From NCBI GenBank assembly GCA_045631285.1, contig JAZQUL010000091.1, positions 1,208 through 65,207 of the forward strand: DNA of 64,000 bases. Reading direction: 5' to 3'. Below are positions 59,076 to 64,000 of this stretch, piece by piece (the stretch's first letter is position 1; the number at the start of each line of letters is the position of its first letter). Under the pieces are notes generated by a model. The model was not told the DNA's origin and made no database searches. It was given only the letters and a program-made list of their open reading frames with translations. This DNA is from Faecousia sp. GTDB lineage: Bacteria > Bacillota > Clostridia > Oscillospirales > Oscillospiraceae. A program made the position numbers and the translations under genes.

Positions 59076-60292
59076 TGAACTGTGGCTTATTGGGTAGACA
59101 TCTGACCCATAGTTACTCCCCCCGGATTCACAGTCAGCTTGGGAAATACAGCTACAATATATTTGAAATTGCTCCTGATGACTTGGGAAACTTTCTGCAA
59201 GAAAAGGAATTTGACGGTATAAACGTAACCATTCCATATAAAAAAGCTGTCATTCCTTATTGTGATACGCTATCCCCACAGGCAAAGCAGCTTCAAGCTG
59301 TCAATACCATAGTTAAAAACGCAGATGGCCGTTTGATTGGCCATAATACCGACTATTTTGGCTTTGCAGAGATGCTGAAAGTTTCGGGTTTATCCGTTTC
59401 TGAAAAAAAAGTGCTGGTATTGGGAAGCGGCGGCGCATCCGCTACGGTTACAGCTGTTCTTCAGGAAAAAGGCGCTAATGTTGTTGTCATCTCCCGAAAC
59501 GGTGAAAACAACTACGAGAACCTAGAACTGCACAGTGATGCTTCCGTGATTGTGAATTGTACGCCCGTTGGAATGTATCCGGATAACCTTATCTCCCCCG
59601 TAGATTTGGCGTTATTCCCTGCCCTTGAAGGCGTATTGGACTTAATCTATAATCCAGCCAGAACTGCGCTTCTATTAGAAGCAGAAAAACGCGGCATTCT
59701 GACACAAAATGGTCTTTATATGCTCGTTGCACAAGCAAAAGAAAGCACCGAGTGGTTTACAGGAAACAAAATCTCCGACAGTAAAATTTCCGAAATCTAT
59801 CGGGAGTTAAAGGCCAATATGGAGAATATTGTTCTTATTGGTATGCCCGGCTGCGGAAAATCCACCGTTGGCGCGTTACTTGCAAAAATGTGTGACCGGG
59901 AATTTGTAGATACTGATAGTCTGATTGTTGAAAACGCAGGCAAATCTATTCCGGAAATTTTCGCTGCTGTTGGAGAAGAAGGTTTCCGCAAGCTAGAAAC
60001 AAAAGTGCTTGCGGAGGTTGGAAAACGCTCGAATCTGGTAATTGCCACCGGCGGTGGCTGTATAACAAGACCGGAAAACTATTCGCTTCTTCACCAAAAC
60101 AGTAAAATCATTTGGCTTCGTCGAGACATTTCCATACTGCCTACTGATGGGCGTCCACTCTCGCAAACACAACGCTTAGAGGAAATGTATAACAAACGTG
60201 CGCCCTTATATGAAGCCTTTGCAGACCAGATTGTGGATAATGATACCATACCTGAATATACCGTAAATACCATTTTGGGAGGACTGAAATGA
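59075..60292 (+). CDS. aroE: Fused shikimate dehydrogenase / shikimate kinase (AroE-AroK)
   Basis: HSYSP, NVTIPYK, NTDYFG, GSGGA, then GMPGCGKST, FVDTD, ATGGG. Confidence 0.9.
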   Translation: MNCGLLGRHLTHSYSPRIHSQLGKYSYNIFEIAPDDLGNFLQEKEFDGINVTIPYKKAVIPYCDTLSPQAKQLQAVNTIVKNADGRLIGHNTDYFGFAEMLKVSGLSVSEKKVLVLGSGGASATVTAVLQEKGANVVVISRNGENNYENLELHSDASVIVNCTPVGMYPDNLISPVDLALFPALEGVLDLIYNPARTALLLEAEKRGILTQNGLYMLVAQAKESTEWFTGNKISDSKISEIYRELKANMENIVLIGMPGCGKSTVGALLAKMCDREFVDTDSLIVENAGKSIPEIFAAVGEEGFRKLETKVLAEVGKRSNLVIATGGGCITRPENYSLLHQNSKIIWLRRDISILPTDGRPLSQTQRLEEMYNKRAPLYEAFADQIVDNDTIPEYTVNTILGGLK

Positions 60293-60720
60293 GAATTCTT
60301 GTCATTAACGGGCCAAATATCAATATGCTTGGCATCCGGGAACCGAACATCTATGGAAAGCAGACCTTTGTAGATCTCCTTGCACTCTTGGAGAATACTG
60401 CTAAGGAGCATTCCATCACGGTTGAGCAGTTTCAGTCCAACCACGAAGGTGCGATCGTGGATAAAATCCAAGAGGCCTACGGTGTGTACGACGGCATTGT
60501 AATTAATCCCGCCGCCTATACCCACACCTCCGTAGCCATCTTGGATGCGCTAAAATCCGTGGCAATCCCAGCCATTGAGGTTCATATCTCCGATGTGGAT
60601 TCCCGGGAGGAATTCCGGAAACACTCCTACCCCGGATTTTACTGCGAAAAGACCATTAAGGGACAAGGTCTTGACGGTTACCGTCAGGCAATCATTTACC
60701 TCAAAGAAAAATACGCATAA
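60289..60720 (+). CDS. aroQ: Type II 3-dehydroquinate dehydratase
   Basis: INGPNINMLGIREP, QSNHEG, NPAAYTHTS, EVHIS. Confidence 0.95.
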   Translation: MRILVINGPNINMLGIREPNIYGKQTFVDLLALLENTAKEHSITVEQFQSNHEGAIVDKIQEAYGVYDGIVINPAAYTHTSVAILDALKSVAIPAIEVHISDVDSREEFRKHSYPGFYCEKTIKGQGLDGYRQAIIYLKEKYA

Positions 60721-60753
60721 GAAAAGACGCTGTGGTGTTCACAGCGTCTTTTT
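60721..60753. terminator. Bidirectional terminator at the end of the aro operon
   Basis: AAAAGACGCTGTG/CACAGCGTCTTTT. Confidence 0.8.
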
Positions 60754-61248
60754 ATTATAAATGTAGGTATTGCAGATGTTATTGGTTGTTCCGTCTGCAT
60801 AGATCGCATAGGGTAATATCTCCCGAAAATCGCAGGATAAATGCACTTTTTGAGAGGATATATTGCCTTTACTGATATGGGAATATATCGGCAAATGGCT
60901 TGTCCCCTCCAAATAAGAAAGCACGCCTTTAACCAGCGCCTTTGCATATCCCTGATTTCTGCAATCCGGCTTTGTCTCCAATGCGGCAAGCAACCATCCA
61001 TCCTGATATGGCTCAATGCGAAGCGCAGATACCAAAATGCCATTCTGCCGCCAGAGCGCATAAAAGGAATCGTCCTGACGGAAAAAGCACTTAAGATAGG
61101 CATAGAAATCCTGCTCTGCTTCCAAAAGCTGCAAATTGGCAGATAGCTTTGGATAACGAGCCACCCCGTTTTCCCGGTTACCCTCCTCATAGACAGACAT
61201 CAGCTCTCCAAAAGGCAGCTCTTTTAGAGATTTAATAATCTCAAGCAT
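60739..61248 (-). CDS. GNAT-family acetyltransferase
   Basis: LETKPDCRNQGYAKALV motif A, NISSQKVH..CDF; SD AAGGAG. Confidence 0.8.
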   Translation of the reverse strand: MLEIIKSLKELPFGELMSVYEEGNRENGVARYPKLSANLQLLEAEQDFYAYLKCFFRQDDSFYALWRQNGILVSALRIEPYQDGWLLAALETKPDCRNQGYAKALVKGVLSYLEGTSHLPIYSHISKGNISSQKVHLSCDFREILPYAIYADGTTNNICNTYIYNKKTL

Positions 61249-61258
61249 TATCGTCTCC

Positions 61259-62284
61259 TTAGAGGGTCTCACCTAATATGGATTTGGTGGCGTAGGCATT
61301 TAGTTCCATCCCTGCCGTATTTCCCGAAAGGTATTCGTAATACGCCTGAGAACCAATCATTGCCGCATTGTCACCGCAAAGGAACAGAGGCGGCAAATAG
61401 ACCTCTGCGCCCAGTTCCTCTGCCATACTGGTAATATCACGGCGTATGCGGGAATTGGCTGCCACGCCGCCGGCAACCGCAAGCTTCCGCCTTCCGGTCT
61501 TTTCCAGCGCCATACGCACGCGGGGAACCAGCATATCCGACACAACGCCTGAAAAGGAAGCGCACAGACTGGGAATATCCAACGACTCGCCCACCTGCTC
61601 CGCGTGATGAATTAAATTCAGCGCAGCAGTCTTGAGGCCCGAAAAGCTCATATCAAAGGGATTCTGACCGGGATGGGGTCTGGGTAGCGTATACTTCGTT
61701 TCATCACCATTGGCGGCTGCTTTATCCAAGGCCGCGCCACCGGGATAGGGCATCCCCAGCACTCTAGCCACCTTGTCGAAGCACTCGCCCGCTGCGTCAT
61801 CCAATGTTGTGCCAAGAATCTCCATATCTGTATAATCCCGGACATCCACAATCATCGTGTGCCCGCCGGAAACAACCAAACAAATAAAGGGCGGTTCCAA
61901 TTCCGGGAACGCGATATAATTAGCAGCAATATGGCCACGGATGTGATGTACCGGAATGAGCGGCTTTCCCAATGCAAATGCGGCGCTTTTTGCAAAATTC
62001 ACGCCCACAAGCACCGCACCGATAAGACCGGGCGCATAGGTAACGGCAACCGCATCAATATCCTTTCTTTCTATACCCGCATCCCTTAGGGCACAGTCTG
62101 CAAGACCGTAGATAGCCTCGATATGCTTTCTGGATGCGATTTCAGGAACCACACCGCCATAAATACGGTGCAGCTCCACCTGAGAGGAGATGCAGTCCGT
62201 AAGCACCTTCCTTCCGTCCTGCACCACCGCAACGGCGGTTTCATCGCAGGAGGATTCAATTGCCAAAATATTCAAAGCTGCCAC
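61259..62284 (-). CDS. tsaD: tRNA t6A threonylcarbamoyltransferase
   Basis: IESSCDET, GGVVPEIASR, HHIRGH, VSGGHT, DNAAMI. Confidence 0.96.
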   Translation of the reverse strand: MAALNILAIESSCDETAVAVVQDGRKVLTDCISSQVELHRIYGGVVPEIASRKHIEAIYGLADCALRDAGIERKDIDAVAVTYAPGLIGAVLVGVNFAKSAAFALGKPLIPVHHIRGHIAANYIAFPELEPPFICLVVSGGHTMIVDVRDYTDMEILGTTLDDAAGECFDKVARVLGMPYPGGAALDKAAANGDETKYTLPRPHPGQNPFDMSFSGLKTAALNLIHHAEQVGESLDIPSLCASFSGVVSDMLVPRVRMALEKTGRRKLAVAGGVAANSRIRRDITSMAEELGAEVYLPPLFLCGDNAAMIGSQAYYEYLSGNTAGMELNAYATKSILGETL

Positions 62285-62715
62285 TCCTTTCTGAGAATCA
62301 ACGCATCCTCTTTCGGTTTTTGGTAATAGTTGGGCCGCCTTCCTACGGTCCCGAAACCAAGGCCCTCATAAAGTGCCACTGCCGGCAGGTTGGAAACGCG
62401 AACTTCCAGTGTAAGACTGCGGACAGAGCGCGCTTGCAGTTTCTCAACAAGCAGTTCAACCAAAGCTTTGCCAATTCCCATTCGTCTATATTTTTCGTCC
62501 ACAGCCAAGTTCATCATATCCGCCTCATCTGGGACGATTTGAGCGCCCACATAGCCCACAACACACCCATCATCCAAGGCTACCAACCATAGAGCAAGTG
62601 GATTACTAAGCTCACTTTCCAGCACTCTCTCACTCCAAGGCAAGGAGAAATTTTCCTGTTCCAGTCTCGCAACGGCAGGGATATGCTCCAATTTCATTTC
62701 TTCATAACAAATCAT
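62272..62715 (-). CDS. rimI: Ribosomal protein alanine N-acetyltransferase
   Basis: FSLPWS, NLAVD..RRMGIG, LEVRVSN, RRPNYY..EDALI. Confidence 0.93.
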   Translation of the reverse strand: MICYEEMKLEHIPAVARLEQENFSLPWSERVLESELSNPLALWLVALDDGCVVGYVGAQIVPDEADMMNLAVDEKYRRMGIGKALVELLVEKLQARSVRSLTLEVRVSNLPAVALYEGLGFGTVGRRPNYYQKPKEDALILRKEWQL

Positions 62716-64000
62716 TTTGCTTCAAACCAGCTCTTTCCCCATTTGGCTTCTGCAATCAGCGGCACTTTCAAATCCGCTACTGCTTCCATCTCCCGGCTGA
62801 CAAGAGCAGAAACCTCTCTGGCTATCTCTTCCGGACATTCCACAATCAGTTCGTCGTGTACCTGCAAAAGGAGCTTTGCCTCTGGGAATTGCTCGCGGAG
62901 CGCCGCATCTACACGCAGCATCGCCAGCTTCATAATATCCGCAGCAGTACCTTGAATGGGAGCATTCAGTGCAATCCGCTCGCCTGCCTGCCGCAAGTTA
63001 TAATTGGAATTTTTCAGTTCCGGAATATACCGCCGTCTGCCGTAGAGGGTCGTAGTGTAGCCGCTGTTTCTTGCATCCTCGACTACATTCTCCATAAACG
63101 AGTGGACACCTTGGTAGTTTTCCAGGTAGCTGTCGATATATCGCTTCGCCTCATATCGGCTGACACCGATATCCTCTGAAAGAGAGAACTCGCTGATTCC
63201 GTAGACAATACCAAAATTGACTGCCTTTGCATGTCTGCGCTGTAAGGCTGTGACTTCCTCAGGTGCTACATCAAAGACCTGCGCGGCGGTAGCGGTATGA
63301 ATATCCGCGCCACTGATAAAGGCCTCCTGCATAACGGAATCCCGCGCAATATGGGCAAGCACCCGAAGCTCAATTTGACTGTAATCCGCATCCACCAGCA
63401 CATACCCGGGCTTTGGAATAAACATTTTCCGGATCTCCGCCCCCAAGTCGTTGCGAACAGGAATGTTCTGCAAATTGGGTTCTGTGGAGGAAAGCCGACC
63501 GGTTGCCGTGACCATATTTTGGAAGGTGGTGCGGATTCGCCCATCTTCATCTATCACCTTCAGCAACCCTTCCGCATAGGTGGAATTCAGCTTGGTCAGC
63601 ATTCGATAATCCATAATTGCCGGAATAATAGGATGCTTATCCCGGAGCTTTTCCAGTACCTCAGCGTTGGTGGAATAGCCGGTCTTTGTCTTTTTAATTG
63701 GCGGCAACCCAAGCTTTTCGAACAACAATTCTCCCAGCTGCTTGGTAGAATTAATATTGAAAGTCTCTCCTGAATAGCCGAAAATCAGTTGTTCACAGTC
63801 TGCGATTCTTGCAGACAGCATCGTACCAAACTGAGCAAGCTGATTTTTATCGATGGCAATACCCGCTGTCTCCATACGATACAAAACATCACACAGGGGC
63901 AACTCTATATCATTATACAGGCTTTCCATACCGTCATTTTCTAATGCCTTTTCCAATACGGGAGCAAGGTACCAAATCGCCTCTGCACAGGCAGATGCGT
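62712..64000 (-). CDS. polA: DNA polymerase I (5' part outside window)
   Basis: TATGRLSS.EPNLQNIP, DYSQIELRVLAH, KAVNFGIVYG, LQVHDEL; frame open to the window end. Confidence 0.96.
   Translation of the reverse strand, partial: ASACAEAIWYLAPVLEKALENDGMESLYNDIELPLCDVLYRMETAGIAIDKNQLAQFGTMLSARIADCEQLIFGYSGETFNINSTKQLGELLFEKLGLPPIKKTKTGYSTNAEVLEKLRDKHPIIPAIMDYRMLTKLNSTYAEGLLKVIDEDGRIRTTFQNMVTATGRLSSTEPNLQNIPVRNDLGAEIRKMFIPKPGYVLVDADYSQIELRVLAHIARDSVMQEAFISGADIHTATAAQVFDVAPEEVTALQRRHAKAVNFGIVYGISEFSLSEDIGVSRYEAKRYIDSYLENYQGVHSFMENVVEDARNSGYTTTLYGRRRYIPELKNSNYNLRQAGERIALNAPIQGTAADIMKLAMLRVDAALREQFPEAKLLLQVHDELIVECPEEIAREVSALVSREMEAVADLKVPLIAEAKWGKSWFEAK

Noticed and set aside
59075-60292. AroE-AroK fusion as a novelty
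   Set aside because: Such fusions are familiar in clostridial genomes; recorded as a feature only
61259-62715. rimI-tsaD without tsaB/tsaE
   Set aside because: Splitting of this cluster is common; the genes are probably elsewhere

Overview
Core chromosomal segment of an endospore-forming clostridial Firmicute (gene content and protein style suggest Oscillospiraceae/Ruminococcaceae; this is inference). It holds about 65 housekeeping and sporulation genes: pfkA, xerD, pgm, coaD, rsmD, uvrC, HPr-like, mutS2, recO, era, ybeY, phoH, yqfCD, ylbJ, ligA, yunB, pcrA, spoIIAA-AB-sigF, valS, a two-component pair, mazF, pheST, ireB, spoVAD-VAE, addAB, spoIIR, ispE, an 8-gene aro/phe/tyr operon, tsaD, rimI and polA. 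I saw no mobile elements, rRNA, tRNA or CRISPR arrays. The best non-routine signals are: (1) an unannotated 21-aa Phe/Tyr-rich leader peptide with a full 1:2/2:3/3:4 attenuator upstream of the aromatic amino-acid operon; (2) an unannotated 35-aa microprotein that is 30/35 Asn/Gln, with its own SD, forespore-type promoter and terminator after spoVAE; (3) a recurring hairpin in which a sporulation -10 element lies in the 5' arm or loop and the SD lies in the 3' arm; (4) a TAA at the Walker A lysine of pcrA; (5) a locally orphan MazF; (6) an HPr with Tyr at His15; and (7) a pseudokinase divergent from a Zn-ribbon/Ig membrane protein.
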